Source of the DNA: Alphaproteobacteria bacterium
GTDB lineage: Bacteria > Pseudomonadota > Alphaproteobacteria > CAISOG01
DNA: 64,000 nucleotides
Reading direction: 5' to 3'
NCBI GenBank assembly: GCA_044345375.1
Contig: JBIJBF010000002.1
Location: forward strand, 46,619-110,618
This document shows, one piece after another, positions 19,163 through 29,283 of this stretch. The stretch's first letter is position 1; each line of letters begins with the position of its first letter. The position numbers were made by a program, and so were the translations under genes. The notes under the pieces are model-generated. The model was not told where the DNA came from. It was given only the letters and a program-made list of their open reading frames with translations, and made no database searches.

Positions 19163-20215
19163 ATGAATTCTGCCAAAAATATGCTTTGTTTGAGTGCGGA
19201 CAATGTTGCCATTTTGGTGGCTCAGCATGGCGTGGCCAATTGCATTGCGGGCATCGCTGACTACATCGTCGCGGATTTCAAGCGTTGGCAGGAGTTTGAA
19301 AAATGCGCCCGCCTGGCCAACCATTCGCCGCAGGGGGTGATTGAGCTGATGCCGATCGCCGATCAGCAGTTCTACGCGTTCAAATACGTCAATGGGCATC
19401 CCAAAAACGAACAGCTTGGCCTGCCAACCATCATGGCCTTTGGCGCGTTTTGCGAAATGGCCACCGGCGTGCCGCTGCTGGTGTGTGACTTAACCTTGGT
19501 TACCGCTTTGCGTACCGCCGCCACCTCAGCCATGGTGGCCAAACTGCTGGCGCGTCCTGATGCAACGCGGATGGCGCTGATCGGCAATGGCGCGCAAAGC
19601 GAATTCCAGGCACTGGCCTTCCACCATATGCTGGGGGTTCAGGAATTTCGCCTGTTTGATGTCGATTCCAACGCCACCGATAAGCTGCTGCGCAATCTGG
19701 CCAGCCTGGGGCTGCAGGGTCGCCGCTGCAGCAGCGTGGCCACGGCGGTGCAGGGCGTGGACATCATCACCACCGTGACCGCTGACAAAACCAACGCCAC
19801 CATCCTGCTGCCTGAGTTCATTACGCCTAGCATGCACCTTAACGCGGTGGGGGGCGATTGCCCTGGCAAGACTGAGCTGCATGCGGACATTCTGGATATG
19901 GGCACCGTGTTTGTGGAATTTACCCCGCAAAGCCGCATTGAGGGCGAGGTGCAGCAAAAGCCGCAGGATTTCCCGGTGGTGGAGTTGTGGGAGGTGTTGC
20001 AGGGGCAGCATCCTGGCCGCACATCCCCTGAAGACGTCACCATCTTTGATTCGGTGGGTTTCGCGTTGGAGGATTTTTCGGCCCTGCGCTACATCTTTGA
20101 CCTTGCCACCCAGCTTGGCATCGTTGGTTCGCCCGCGCTGGTGCCCATCCTGCCCGAGCCGAAAAATCTGTTTTCGCTGATCCCACCGTCTGCGGTGCTG
20201 GCGATGGCTTCTTAA
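19163..20215 (+). CDS. Ornithine cyclodeaminase / mu-crystallin family protein
   Basis: The OCD-family Rossmann region is present (ALIGNGAQSEFQALAFHHMLGVQEFRLFDVD...DIITTVTADK). The ORF table start is 19151. MNSAKNM at 19163 is equally possible. Confidence 0.8.
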   Translation: MNSAKNMLCLSADNVAILVAQHGVANCIAGIADYIVADFKRWQEFEKCARLANHSPQGVIELMPIADQQFYAFKYVNGHPKNEQLGLPTIMAFGAFCEMATGVPLLVCDLTLVTALRTAATSAMVAKLLARPDATRMALIGNGAQSEFQALAFHHMLGVQEFRLFDVDSNATDKLLRNLASLGLQGRRCSSVATAVQGVDIITTVTADKTNATILLPEFITPSMHLNAVGGDCPGKTELHADILDMGTVFVEFTPQSRIEGEVQQKPQDFPVVELWEVLQGQHPGRTSPEDVTIFDSVGFALEDFSALRYIFDLATQLGIVGSPALVPILPEPKNLFSLIPPSAVLAMAS

Positions 20216-20255
20216 GCGTCACCGCACACTGTTTAAAATCGCCAATATCTAACGC

Positions 20256-23200
20256 TGGCTCCCCGGGTAGGAGAGGGGTTGTTAATGCAATATTTTGATA
20301 ATCAACGATTATCTTATTTTCGATTTTCAGACATACCGTTTGATATACCGTCAAAAATGGGTTGCTGGGCAGTGCCAGCCTCCATTTATCCTATCATTGT
20401 TACGCCCGCGTTGGGGCATGGGTCAAGGCTGCTGGGGGTCACCTCCTCATGCTGGGGGTGGGGGACGTAGGAACAAGAGAGATGGTCATGGCGCAACAAC
20501 CTCTGGCACACGCAATGGCAGACCAAAACTACCCCGCTCCACCCCGTTTGGCCAGCGGGAAAGCTCCAGAGTGAAAGCGATGGCCGCTATTTAATCCGCA
20601 AGCGGTTGCTAATCGCCAAACCAAACAAAAAGATCATCAAAGCCGAAAAGATTTTGTAATCGGCGATCTGTTGCTATGGTTAGATTATCTGTCATTGAGA
20701 TCATCATGCCCCTAAGCTGGAACGAAATACGCGCAAGAGCAGGCCGCTTTGCCACGGAATGGCAGGGGCGTGGCTATGAAAAGGGCGATACTGGCCAATT
20801 CTACCACCAATTTTTTGAAGTATTTGGGCGAAGGGCGCGCGACGTAAATCTCTACTTTGAAAAGCGTGTCAAACTGCCCAGCAACACACAGGGTTTCATT
20901 GATCTTTTTTGGCCAGGAACCCTGCTTGTTGAACAAAAATCACTGGGACTAAGCCTAGAAAAAGCCCGCGTTCAGGCCACCGATTACTACCTTACCCTCA
21001 AAGATGACGAACGCCCGCGCTATATTCTGCTTTCTGATTTCCAAAACTTTGAATTGCTGGATTTGGAAACCAATGAAACGCACATTTTTACCTTAGCCGC
21101 CCTGCCCGACAACATTCGACGGTTTGACTTTGTCGCTGGCTACCAGCGTGAACAGTACAAAGACCAGCCAGAGGTGAATATCGAGGCGGCAACCCTGATG
21201 GGCAATCTGCACGCACAGTTGGAGAAGAGTGGTTATAGTGGCGTTGATCTGGAAAAACTGTTGGTGCGCCTGATGTTCTGCCTGTTTGCTGACGACACAG
21301 GGATTTTTAACCCCGACAGTTTTCTGAACTATATTGAAATTAAAACCAGTGGGGATGGACGCGACCTGGGGTCAAATCTTATTCATTTGTTTGAGACGTT
21401 GGATACCGCACCGGCCGATCGGCAAAAAACCTTAGACGAAGACCTGGCGGAATTCCCCCATGTGAATGGCAAATTGTTTGCTGGCCTGATTCGCACACCA
21501 AGTTTTGATGCACCCATGCGCCAGGCGCTGCTGCAATGCTGCCGTTTCAAATGGAACAGGGTGTCGCCCGCCCTGTTCGGATCCCTGTTTCAAATGGTTA
21601 TGTTGCCTGAGGAGCAGCGCAGGGGAGGCGCCCATTACACCAGTGAGCGCAACATCCTGAAAACCATCCACCCGCTGTTTTTGGATGAATTGCGAGAGGA
21701 GTTTGAAAAAATCCGCCATGACAAATCGACCCAGCGTGAATCCAGGCTGAAAAAGTTTCATGAGAAACTTGGCACCCTGACCTTTTTCGACCCAGCCTGC
21801 GGCTGTGGCAATTTTTTGATTTTGGCCTACCGCGAATTGCGTTTGTTAGAGCTTGAGGTGTTGGAGGCGTTGCACCCCAAACGCCAGCTGGAATTAGACG
21901 TCAAAAAACTGTCCAAGGTCGATGTTGATCAGTTTTATGGCATTGAGATTGAGGAGTTTCCCGCCCATATCGCTGAGGCCGCCATGTGGTTGGTCGATCA
22001 CCAGATGAACATGAAGCTGTCGGAATCTTTCGGCCAATCCCTTGTACGCCTACCCCTGAAAAAATCCGCCCATATTACCCAGGGTAACGCCCTGACCATC
22101 CCTTGGAAGGACATCATCGCCCCCAGCAAGCTAAGCTACATGCTGGGCAACCCACCCTTTGTGGGGTCAAAATATCAGAACGATACCCAACGCGCAGAGT
22201 TAGTGGCAGTATTCGACGGTATAATAGGCGCGGGTGTACTCGACTACGTTACAGCATGGTATTGGAAAGCGGCGCAGTATATTCAGGGGACGCGCATCAA
22301 GGTAGCTTTTGTTTCCACCAATTCCATCACCCAGGGCGAACAGGCAGGTATTCTCTGGCAGCCGCTGCTATCTCGTTACGGTATTCGCATCCAATTTGCT
22401 CACCGTACTTTCAAATGGACGATTGATGAGAAAAAAGCCAAAGGTATGCGACTTGCCGCCGTCTATTGTGTGATTGTGGGCTTTACCGCTTATGAACCAG
22501 ACGAAAAATGGTTGTTTGACTATGAAAAACCAACATCCGAACCGCACCGCGCAAAGGCAAATAACATCAACCCGTATCTGGTGGATGCAACAAACGCCGT
22601 TATCGTTAAGCGCAGCAAGCCGCTTTGTAATGTACCTGAAATAAATTTTGGAAATCAACCAATTGATGGTGGCGGCTTGATTTTAAGCGGGCAAGAAAGA
22701 AATGATATATTATCATATTATCCTGATGCATCTCCTCTGATTCGTAAATTTGTTGGCGCAGAAGAGTTGATTAACGGCTCTATGCGCTATTGTTTATGGC
22801 TAAAGAATGTTTCGCCAGCACTTTACCGCAATATCAAGCCTATTATTGAGAGGTTGGAGTATGTCAGAAAAAATAGACTTGGGAGCGCGCGGCCAGCAAC
22901 CAAAGAGCTGGCTAGTACCCCCTCATTGTTTGGCTTCATTAGCCACGAAGAAACCGATTATATCATTATTCCGTCAGTTTCTTCTGAAAGGCGCTTATAT
23001 GTGCCGATAGATATTTTCAGTCGCGATGTTATTGCCAGCAACCTTTGCCTTATTATCCCCAACGCCACGCTCTACCATTTCGGCGTGTTGACCTCGCTGA
23101 TGCATATGGATTGGATGCGTCATGTATGCGGCAGGTTAGAAAGCCGTTACCGCTATTCCAACACGCTTGTTTACAACAACTTCCCTTGGCCAGCTGCCCC

Positions 23201-23657
23201 CTCAGCTGAACAGGTTAAGGTGATTGAGGATCGGGCGCAGGCGGTGTTGGAGGCGCGGGCGCAATTTCCAAACTCCACCCTGGCTGACCTGTACGACCCA
23301 CTTACCATGCCACCCGCCTTGCTAAAGGCTCACCAAGCCCTCGACAAGGCCGTGGATGCCGCCTATCGCAAGAAACCCTTTGAGTCTGAACGCGAACGGA
23401 TTGAATATCTGTTTGCCGAATACCAACGCCTCACCGCCCCCTTGATCGGTGCCATCAAACCAAAGCCCAGGAAAAAGCGGGGTACGACCTAACCCTTCCC
23501 CCCACTTCTGACCCCATCAAACACTCACTTCCATTGCCCAGCCGATCAAAGGCTTTAGCCTCAAGGCAAACGGTGCGCCAACGCATCCCATAATCCAGAG
23601 CGGTGCAGGGCGTGGGGCTGGCTGATAGGGCAATTTGTTGTGGCTCCCCGGGTAGGA
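20256..23657 (-). mobile_element. Genomic island at the 3' end of tRNA-Asn (~3.4 kb), integrase-less, carrying a type IIL restriction-modification gene
   Basis: An exact 17-bp direct repeat TGGCTCCCCGGGTAGGA occurs at 20256..20272 and at 23641..23657, the latter being the 3' end of tRNA-Asn. The interior has lower GC than the flanks. It contains one large gene and ~430 bp plus ~150 bp of non-coding arms. Confidence 0.75.
20706..23492 (+). CDS. MmeI-family type IIL restriction-modification enzyme (fused endonuclease + N6-adenine methyltransferase + target-recognition domain)
   Basis: The N-terminus MPLSWNEIRARAGRFATEW matches the MmeI N-terminus. The PD-ExK nuclease motif IDLFWPGTLLVEQKS is present (D-X9-E-X-K). 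MTase motif I is FFDPACGCGNFL and motif IV is GNPPFVGS. The C-terminal TRD/helical region ends ...LYDPLTMPPALLKAHQALDKAVDAAY..ERIEYLFAEYQRL. The preferred start is M11 of the tabulated ORF (table start 20676). Confidence 0.75.
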   Translation: MPLSWNEIRARAGRFATEWQGRGYEKGDTGQFYHQFFEVFGRRARDVNLYFEKRVKLPSNTQGFIDLFWPGTLLVEQKSLGLSLEKARVQATDYYLTLKDDERPRYILLSDFQNFELLDLETNETHIFTLAALPDNIRRFDFVAGYQREQYKDQPEVNIEAATLMGNLHAQLEKSGYSGVDLEKLLVRLMFCLFADDTGIFNPDSFLNYIEIKTSGDGRDLGSNLIHLFETLDTAPADRQKTLDEDLAEFPHVNGKLFAGLIRTPSFDAPMRQALLQCCRFKWNRVSPALFGSLFQMVMLPEEQRRGGAHYTSERNILKTIHPLFLDELREEFEKIRHDKSTQRESRLKKFHEKLGTLTFFDPACGCGNFLILAYRELRLLELEVLEALHPKRQLELDVKKLSKVDVDQFYGIEIEEFPAHIAEAAMWLVDHQMNMKLSESFGQSLVRLPLKKSAHITQGNALTIPWKDIIAPSKLSYMLGNPPFVGSKYQNDTQRAELVAVFDGIIGAGVLDYVTAWYWKAAQYIQGTRIKVAFVSTNSITQGEQAGILWQPLLSRYGIRIQFAHRTFKWTIDEKKAKGMRLAAVYCVIVGFTAYEPDEKWLFDYEKPTSEPHRAKANNINPYLVDATNAVIVKRSKPLCNVPEINFGNQPIDGGGLILSGQERNDILSYYPDASPLIRKFVGAEELINGSMRYCLWLKNVSPALYRNIKPIIERLEYVRKNRLGSARPATKELASTPSLFGFISHEETDYIIIPSVSSERRLYVPIDIFSRDVIASNLCLIIPNATLYHFGVLTSLMHMDWMRHVCGRLESRYRYSNTLVYNNFPWPAAPSAEQVKVIEDRAQAVLEARAQFPNSTLADLYDPLTMPPALLKAHQALDKAVDAAYRKKPFESERERIEYLFAEYQRLTAPLIGAIKPKPRKKRGTT

Positions 23658-23715
23658 TTCGAACCCACGACCAATCGATTAACAGTCGACCGCTCTACCA
23701 CTGAGCTACCGGGGA
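23641..23715 (-). tRNA. tRNA-Asn (GTT)
   Basis: On the minus strand: TCCCCGGTAGCTCAGTGGTAGAGCGGTCGACTGTTAATCGATTGGTCGTGGGTTCGAATCCTACCCGGGGAGCCA. It is 75 nt with the anticodon loop CT-GTT-AA, a 7-bp acceptor stem and an encoded CCA. Confidence 0.9.
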
Positions 23716-23909
23716 ATGGCTGCTCAACAACGCCGCCGACTATAGCGGGGCGTCTGCGGCTGTACAAGGGGTTGCGGCCGTTCTGCGGTGATTTTTTTAA
23801 GTTGCAGCAGGTGCCCAAGCATCGCTATGGTACCGTTGAGTTATTTTCTGTTCCTGCTTTGCCCGTTTTGGGCGCCTGTTTTTTCATTTGTTTTTTGGGG
23901 ATATTTGCC

Positions 23910-25109
23910 GTGACCGCTGTTCATTCTTCCGTTCCTGAAGTTGTTATCGTTGCCGCCCGTCGCACCCCCATCGGCAGTTTTGCCGGCAGCTTGGCCAGCT
24001 TGTCTGGCGCTGAGCTGGGCGCGCTGGTGATTCAGGATTTGTTGGCGCAAACCAAACTGAACGCCGCTGAGGTGGACGAGGTGTTGTTGGGGCAGGTGTT
24101 GACCGCGGGTGTGGGGCAAAACGCCGCCCGTCAGGCTGCGGTTAAGGCCGGCATTCCGGTGGACAAAACCGCGATGACCATCAACCAGGTTTGCGGATCG
24201 GGTTTGCGGGCGGTTGCGCTGGGGATGCAGGCGATTGCGCTGGGCGATGCGTCGGTGGTGATTGCGGGCGGCCAAGAAAGCATGAGTCAGGCCACCCACT
24301 GCGCCTATTTGCGGACGGGGCAAAAAATGGGCGATCTGAATTTGGTCGATACCATGATTAAAGATGGGTTGTGGGAGGCCTTTAACGGCTATCACATGGG
24401 GATTACCGCCGAGAATGTCGCCAAAACCTATCAAATCAGCCGTGACACGCAGGATCAATTTGCGCTGGCCAGCCAGCATAAGGCTGAGGCGGCGCAAAAG
24501 GCCAACAAGTTTTTGGCGGAGATTGTGCCGGTAACCATCAAAAGCAAAAAGGATGAGCTGGTGGTGGCCAATGACGAATACCCACGGCATGGCGCCACGT
24601 TGGAAAGCTTGGCCAAGCTGCGTCCCGCCTTTGCCAGCGATGGCACGGTGACGGCCGGCAATGCCAGCGGTTTGAACGATGGCGCGGCGGCGGTGGTGCT
24701 GATGACCGCGGCGGCGGCGGCGCAACATGGCCTGACCCCCCTGGCACGCATCGCAGGGTGGGCAACCCGCGGGGTCGATCCAACCATCATGGGCACGGGG
24801 CCAATTCCAGCCAGCCGTGCTGCCCTGCAACGGGCAGGCTGGAACGTGCAAGATCTGGATTTGATTGAGGCGAATGAGGCCTTCGCGGCGCAGGCCTGTG
24901 CGGTGAATCAGGAAATGGGCTGGGATCTAACCAAGGTGAATGTCAACGGCGGCGCGATCGCCCTTGGCCATCCCATTGGCGCCAGCGGCGCGCGGGTGCT
25001 GGTAACCCTGCTGCATGAATTGCAACGGCGTGGCGGCAAAAAGGGGCTGGCGACCTTGTGCATCGGTGGCGGGATGGGCATCGCGCTGTGTGTGGAGGCG
25101 GCTGGTTAG
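23910..25109 (+). CDS. phbA: Acetyl-CoA C-acetyltransferase (beta-ketothiolase)
   Basis: Thiolase signatures are present ([18 protein letters not shown]..., [11 protein letters not shown], catalytic C-terminal [14 protein letters not shown]). The tabulated ORF (23640) runs across the antisense of tRNA-Asn. GTG 23910 or TTG 23895 is the likely start. Confidence 0.85.
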   Translation: MTAVHSSVPEVVIVAARRTPIGSFAGSLASLSGAELGALVIQDLLAQTKLNAAEVDEVLLGQVLTAGVGQNAARQAAVKAGIPVDKTAMTINQVCGSGLRAVALGMQAIALGDASVVIAGGQESMSQATHCAYLRTGQKMGDLNLVDTMIKDGLWEAFNGYHMGITAENVAKTYQISRDTQDQFALASQHKAEAAQKANKFLAEIVPVTIKSKKDELVVANDEYPRHGATLESLAKLRPAFASDGTVTAGNASGLNDGAAAVVLMTAAAAAQHGLTPLARIAGWATRGVDPTIMGTGPIPASRAALQRAGWNVQDLDLIEANEAFAAQACAVNQEMGWDLTKVNVNGGAIALGHPIGASGARVLVTLLHELQRRGGKKGLATLCIGGGMGIALCVEAAG

Positions 25110-25206
25110 TCGAAAAAACAGGGTGCTAGAGACCGATTCTGCCAATTGTGAGCTGCGTCGAACCCCATCGACCAAAACACCAGCCGGGATAACGGCGGCC
25201 GTCACC

Positions 25207-26367
25207 TTGCCACCCATTCCCACCGATTTGCCGGCTGGCGCCACGGTTGCGGTGGCGATGTCGGGCGGGGTGGACAGCAGCGTGGTGGCGGCGGTGCTGG
25301 CTGAGCAGGGGTTTCGGGTGATCGGCATCACCCTGCAGCTTTACGATCATGGGCAGGCCTTGGGCAAAAAGGGGGCGTGCTGCGCGGGTGCGGATATTTA
25401 TGACGCGCGCCAGGTGGCCGATCGCCTGAACATTCCCCATTACGTGCTGGATTACGAAAGCCGCTTTAATCAGGCGGTGATTCAGGATTTTGCCGATTCC
25501 TATGCCCGTGGCGAAACGCCGATCCCCTGCGTGCGCTGCAACCAACGGGTCAAATTTAAAGATCTGTTGGAAATGGCGCGTGATCTGGGGGCGGCGGCGC
25601 TGGCCACCGGTCATTACGTGCAACGCGTATTGGGAGGGGATGGGCGCGCGCAGCTGCACCGCGCCGCGGACCATGTGCGCGATCAAAGCTATTTCCTGTT
25701 TGCCACCACCCAGCAGCAGCTGGATTTCCTGCGTTTCCCCCTAGGCGGCTTGGCGAACAAGGATCAAACCCGGGCATTGGCGGCGCGTTACGGCCTGGCG
25801 GTGGCGGACAAGCCCGACAGCCAAGATATTTGCTTTGTACCAACCGGTGGCTATGCCGACATCGTGGCGCGTTTGCGGCCTGATGCGGTTGAGCCGGGGG
25901 AGATTGTGCATCTGGATGGCCGCGTGATGGGCCAACATCAGGGCATTATTCACTACACCATTGGCCAGCGTAAGGGGCTGGGGATTGGTGGGCAGCAAGA
26001 TGGCGATGGCGAGCCGTTGTATGTGATTCGGCTGGACGCCGCCAACCGCCGCGTCATCGTGGGTGGTCGCCATGATTTGCGCAGCCAGGTGATGCAGCTG
26101 GCTGAGGTCAATTGGCTGGGCGATTCCCTGTCGCCAGCAAGCGCAGACCTGCCGGTGCGGGTGAAGTGGCGTTCGACCATGGAGCCGGTTGAGGCGATGC
26201 TGCGTTTTCCTAACGCCTCAGACCCCAGCAACGCGGTGGTGCATTTGCTTGGCACCCAAGATCACGGGGCGATTGCGCCAGGCCAAGCCTGTGTGTTCTA
26301 TGCGGATGAGCAGGTGTTGGGCGGTGGCTGGATTCGCAGCACCAGCTTGGCCAGCGATTCGGCCTAA
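25207..26367 (+). CDS. mnmA: tRNA-specific 2-thiouridylase MnmA
   Basis: The PP-loop [13 protein letters not shown] is present, with the conserved Cys pair (...TPIPCVRCN...) and FLRFPLGGL. The start is uncertain: in-frame GTG at 25123, TTG at 25207 or TTG at 25228. The table start 25015 overlaps the thiolase. Confidence 0.8.
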   Translation: MPPIPTDLPAGATVAVAMSGGVDSSVVAAVLAEQGFRVIGITLQLYDHGQALGKKGACCAGADIYDARQVADRLNIPHYVLDYESRFNQAVIQDFADSYARGETPIPCVRCNQRVKFKDLLEMARDLGAAALATGHYVQRVLGGDGRAQLHRAADHVRDQSYFLFATTQQQLDFLRFPLGGLANKDQTRALAARYGLAVADKPDSQDICFVPTGGYADIVARLRPDAVEPGEIVHLDGRVMGQHQGIIHYTIGQRKGLGIGGQQDGDGEPLYVIRLDAANRRVIVGGRHDLRSQVMQLAEVNWLGDSLSPASADLPVRVKWRSTMEPVEAMLRFPNASDPSNAVVHLLGTQDHGAIAPGQACVFYADEQVLGGGWIRSTSLASDSA

Positions 26368-26389
26368 AAAATTGGGGGGTAACGGCGGC

Positions 26390-27748
26390 ATGAACGATCT
26401 GCAGGACAAAAACACCATTGTTGAACGCTGGCGACGCTACGCCAAGGTGACGGGGGCGATGGGCGGGCTGGCGGCGCGGATGACGGGTGAGCGGGTGTTC
26501 GGTATGACCATTGACCGTGAACGGCATGCGCAGGAACTTAAAGCCGCGTTGGGGGGCATCAAGGGCCCGTTGATGAAGGTGGCGCAGATTCTGTCCACCG
26601 TGCCCGATTTGTTGCCGCAGGAATATGTGACCGAATTGGCGCAGCTGCAATCCAACGCCCCCGCCATGGGATGGCCGTTTGTGCGGCGGCGGATGCAGAC
26701 TGAGCTGGGGCCTGATTGGCAATCCCGCTTTGCCGAATTTGGCCAAAGCGCGGCGGCGGCGGCCTCTTTGGGGCAGGTGCATCAGGCGCGTGGTCTGGAT
26801 GGCCAGCTGCTGGCCTGCAAGCTGCAATACCCCGATATGGCGGCGGCGGTTGAGGCCGATTTAAAGCAGCTGCGCATGCTGATGGCCCTGTATGAACGCT
26901 ACGACAAGGCGATTCATACGCAGGAGATTCATCAGGAAATCGCCGAACGGCTGTGGGAAGAGTTGGATTACCACCGCGAGCTGCAACAGATGCAGCTGTA
27001 CCACAACATGCTGGCGCAAGAAGATGGCGTGCAGGTGCCGGTGGGCGTGCCAGCCCTGTCCACCAGCCGCCTGCTGAGCATGAGCTGGCTGCAGGGCAGG
27101 GCGATGATGGCGGTGGTGGATCAACCCCAAGAATTTCGCAATCAAGTGGCCCTGAACATGTTTCGCGCCTGGTACGTGCCCTTTTACCACTACGGCATTA
27201 TCCATGGCGATCCGCATATGGGCAATTATTCGGTGCGTGAAGATGGCGGGGTCAACCTGCTGGATTTTGGCTGTATCCGCGTGTTTCCACCGCCCTTTGT
27301 TAAGGGGGTGATCGATTTGTACCAAGCCCTGCAAAACAACGACAATGATTTGGCGGTGGCCGCCTATGAAAGTTGGGGTTTTGGCAATTTGTCTAAGGAA
27401 ATCATCGCCGTGCTCAACCAATGGGCGGAGTTTGTCTACGCGCCGTTGATGGAGGACAAGGTGCGGCGGCTGCAGGAAACCAACTCAGGCATTTATGGGC
27501 GTGAGGTGGCGCAGGCGGTGCATCAACAGCTGCGCGAATTGGGGGGGGTTAAGCCGCCGCGCGAATTTGTGTTCATGGATCGCGCCGCGGTGGGCCTAGG
27601 ATCGGTTTTTCTGCATCTTAAGGCCGAAATCAACTGGTACCAGCTGTTTCACGATTTGATCGGCCAGTTTGATGTGGAGGCGATGGCGAAGCGGCAGCAG
27701 CAGGCTTTGACGGATGCGGGGCTTGTACCCACCTCTCACCCAGTTTAG
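26390..27748 (+). CDS. ABC1/UbiB-family atypical protein kinase
   Basis: The AarF/ABC1 kinase-domain motifs are present (SLGQVHQARGLDGQLLACKLQYPD...IIHGDPHMGNYSV...LLDFGC). The preferred start is MNDLQDK at 26390. Confidence 0.8.
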   Translation: MNDLQDKNTIVERWRRYAKVTGAMGGLAARMTGERVFGMTIDRERHAQELKAALGGIKGPLMKVAQILSTVPDLLPQEYVTELAQLQSNAPAMGWPFVRRRMQTELGPDWQSRFAEFGQSAAAAASLGQVHQARGLDGQLLACKLQYPDMAAAVEADLKQLRMLMALYERYDKAIHTQEIHQEIAERLWEELDYHRELQQMQLYHNMLAQEDGVQVPVGVPALSTSRLLSMSWLQGRAMMAVVDQPQEFRNQVALNMFRAWYVPFYHYGIIHGDPHMGNYSVREDGGVNLLDFGCIRVFPPPFVKGVIDLYQALQNNDNDLAVAAYESWGFGNLSKEIIAVLNQWAEFVYAPLMEDKVRRLQETNSGIYGREVAQAVHQQLRELGGVKPPREFVFMDRAAVGLGSVFLHLKAEINWYQLFHDLIGQFDVEAMAKRQQQALTDAGLVPTSHPV

Positions 27749-27756
27749 GGCAGCGG

Positions 27757-29283
27757 TTGTTGCGGTCTTATGTAAAAAACCTTAGCCCGGTGGCGCTGTT
27801 CTGGCTGCTTAGCCTGCTGGTGCTGGCGGTGCGTTTGGTGGCGGCCAGCCAGATGGAGCTGATGGAGGATGAGGCCTATTATTGGCTCTGGTCGCGTGAT
27901 CCGCAGCTGTCCTACTACGATCATCCGGCGATGGTGGCCTGGTTGATCCGCGGCGGCACCATGCTGTTGGGCGACACCCCGCTGGCGATTCGCCTGCCCG
28001 CCATTCTGCTGAACATCGCCACCGCCAGGGTACTGATGGCGGTGGGTTGCCAAGTTTTCGGGCAGGATCGATTGGGGGCTCGTTTGGGGTTGATCGCCGC
28101 CTGCTGGTTCTATGGCCTGCTGCTGTTTAACGTCACCGCCATCATCATGACGCCTGATGCGCCGCTGCTGTTTTGCTGGAGCCTGCTGCTGCTGGCCGCC
28201 ACCCGTATTCTAACGCTACCCTCCCAACAGGGGGCCAGCCAATACTGGGCGTTGTTGGGGTTGGCGGCGGGCCTTGGCGCCTTGAGCAAATACCCGATTT
28301 TGCTGATGGCGCCGCCGCTGCTGGCGATGTTGCTGACCTATCCTGAATTGCGCCGGTGGTTGCGCCGCCCGCATCCCTATATCGCCCTGCTGATCGCGCT
28401 GTTGGTCGCCACCCCGCTGCTGTGGTGGAACGCCACCCATGGCTGGATCGGCATTAACAAACAATGGAACCATGCCTATGGCAGCCGCACCCCGCAACCC
28501 CTGCGTTGGTTGGGGGAGTTGGTGGGCAGTGAGTTGGGGGTGGTGACGCCGCTGGTTTTGCTGGCGCTGCTGCTGGCCAGCTGGTGGGGGTTGCGCCAGG
28601 CTAAGCAGCCGGCGGTGCAGCTGTTGGCGCTTAGCAGCCTGTTGCCGCTGGCGTTTTTTCTAACCCACTGCCTAAGCGGGCGGGTGCAGGCGCATTGGCC
28701 CGCGCCGGCCTATTTGGCGGCCTGCGTGCTGGTGCCGGCTTGGCTGAAAGATCGTCAGGCGCAGGGGCGCAGGCTGAATTGGTTAGGCTGGGCCGCACCC
28801 GCCAGCGCCGCGGTGCTGAGTTTGGTGCTGTACAGCCAGGCGGTGCATCCATGGCTGCCGATTCCGCAATCGATCGATCCCACCCGCCGGTTAAGCGGTT
28901 GGGCGGAGCTTGGTCGGGGTACCGATCAGGCCTATCAGCAAAGCGGCGCCGATTTTCTGCTGGCACCTGACTACACCCTGGCCAGCCAGCTAAGTTTCTA
29001 TATGCCCCAACATCCGATGGTTTGGATGCCGGACATGGGGCGGCGTTTGCCCTTTGTCGGTGGCGCCAGCATCGATCAATTGGTAGGCAAAAACGCCCTG
29101 TACATCACCCGTGCCGATGGCGCCTATGATCAAAGCGCGGCGTTGCTTGCGCATTTCGACAGCGTCACCCCGCTTGCCCCCCCACTTTTTTCCTTGACCT
29201 TGATGCGGGATGGTCAGGATATTCGGTGGATTCATTTTTACCTTGCCAAGGGATACCGCGGTGGCCTTATCGAAAAACCTTAA
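27757..29283 (+). CDS. ArnT/PMT-like family 39 glycosyltransferase (undecaprenyl-phosphate sugar transferase to lipid A/LPS)
   Basis: 508-aa polytopic membrane protein. The N-terminus ...MEDEAYYWLWSRDPQLSYYDHPAMVAWLIRGG... is typical of GT39/GT83 ArnT-like enzymes. Confidence 0.7.
   Translation: MLRSYVKNLSPVALFWLLSLLVLAVRLVAASQMELMEDEAYYWLWSRDPQLSYYDHPAMVAWLIRGGTMLLGDTPLAIRLPAILLNIATARVLMAVGCQVFGQDRLGARLGLIAACWFYGLLLFNVTAIIMTPDAPLLFCWSLLLLAATRILTLPSQQGASQYWALLGLAAGLGALSKYPILLMAPPLLAMLLTYPELRRWLRRPHPYIALLIALLVATPLLWWNATHGWIGINKQWNHAYGSRTPQPLRWLGELVGSELGVVTPLVLLALLLASWWGLRQAKQPAVQLLALSSLLPLAFFLTHCLSGRVQAHWPAPAYLAACVLVPAWLKDRQAQGRRLNWLGWAAPASAAVLSLVLYSQAVHPWLPIPQSIDPTRRLSGWAELGRGTDQAYQQSGADFLLAPDYTLASQLSFYMPQHPMVWMPDMGRRLPFVGGASIDQLVGKNALYITRADGAYDQSAALLAHFDSVTPLAPPLFSLTLMRDGQDIRWIHFYLAKGYRGGLIEKP

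Noticed and set aside
20273-20705. Search for an integrase or excisionase remnant in the left arm of the tRNA-Asn island
   Set aside because: Only short low-complexity ORFs (63-99 aa) with no recombinase motifs were found. It is kept as non-coding island DNA, possibly carrying the promoter for the RM gene.
23740-23800. GC-rich segment followed by a T7 run, considered as an intrinsic terminator upstream of the thiolase
   Set aside because: The stem is imperfect and there is no plus-strand gene ending nearby (the MmeI-like gene stops 270 bp upstream, beyond the tRNA). It was therefore not called.
23640-23909. N-terminal 90 codons of the tabulated ORF 23640..25109
   Set aside because: This stretch is the antisense of tRNA-Asn plus intergenic DNA (translation MAPRVGFEPTTNRLTVDRSTTELPG is the classic tRNA antisense artefact). 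The thiolase starts near 23910.
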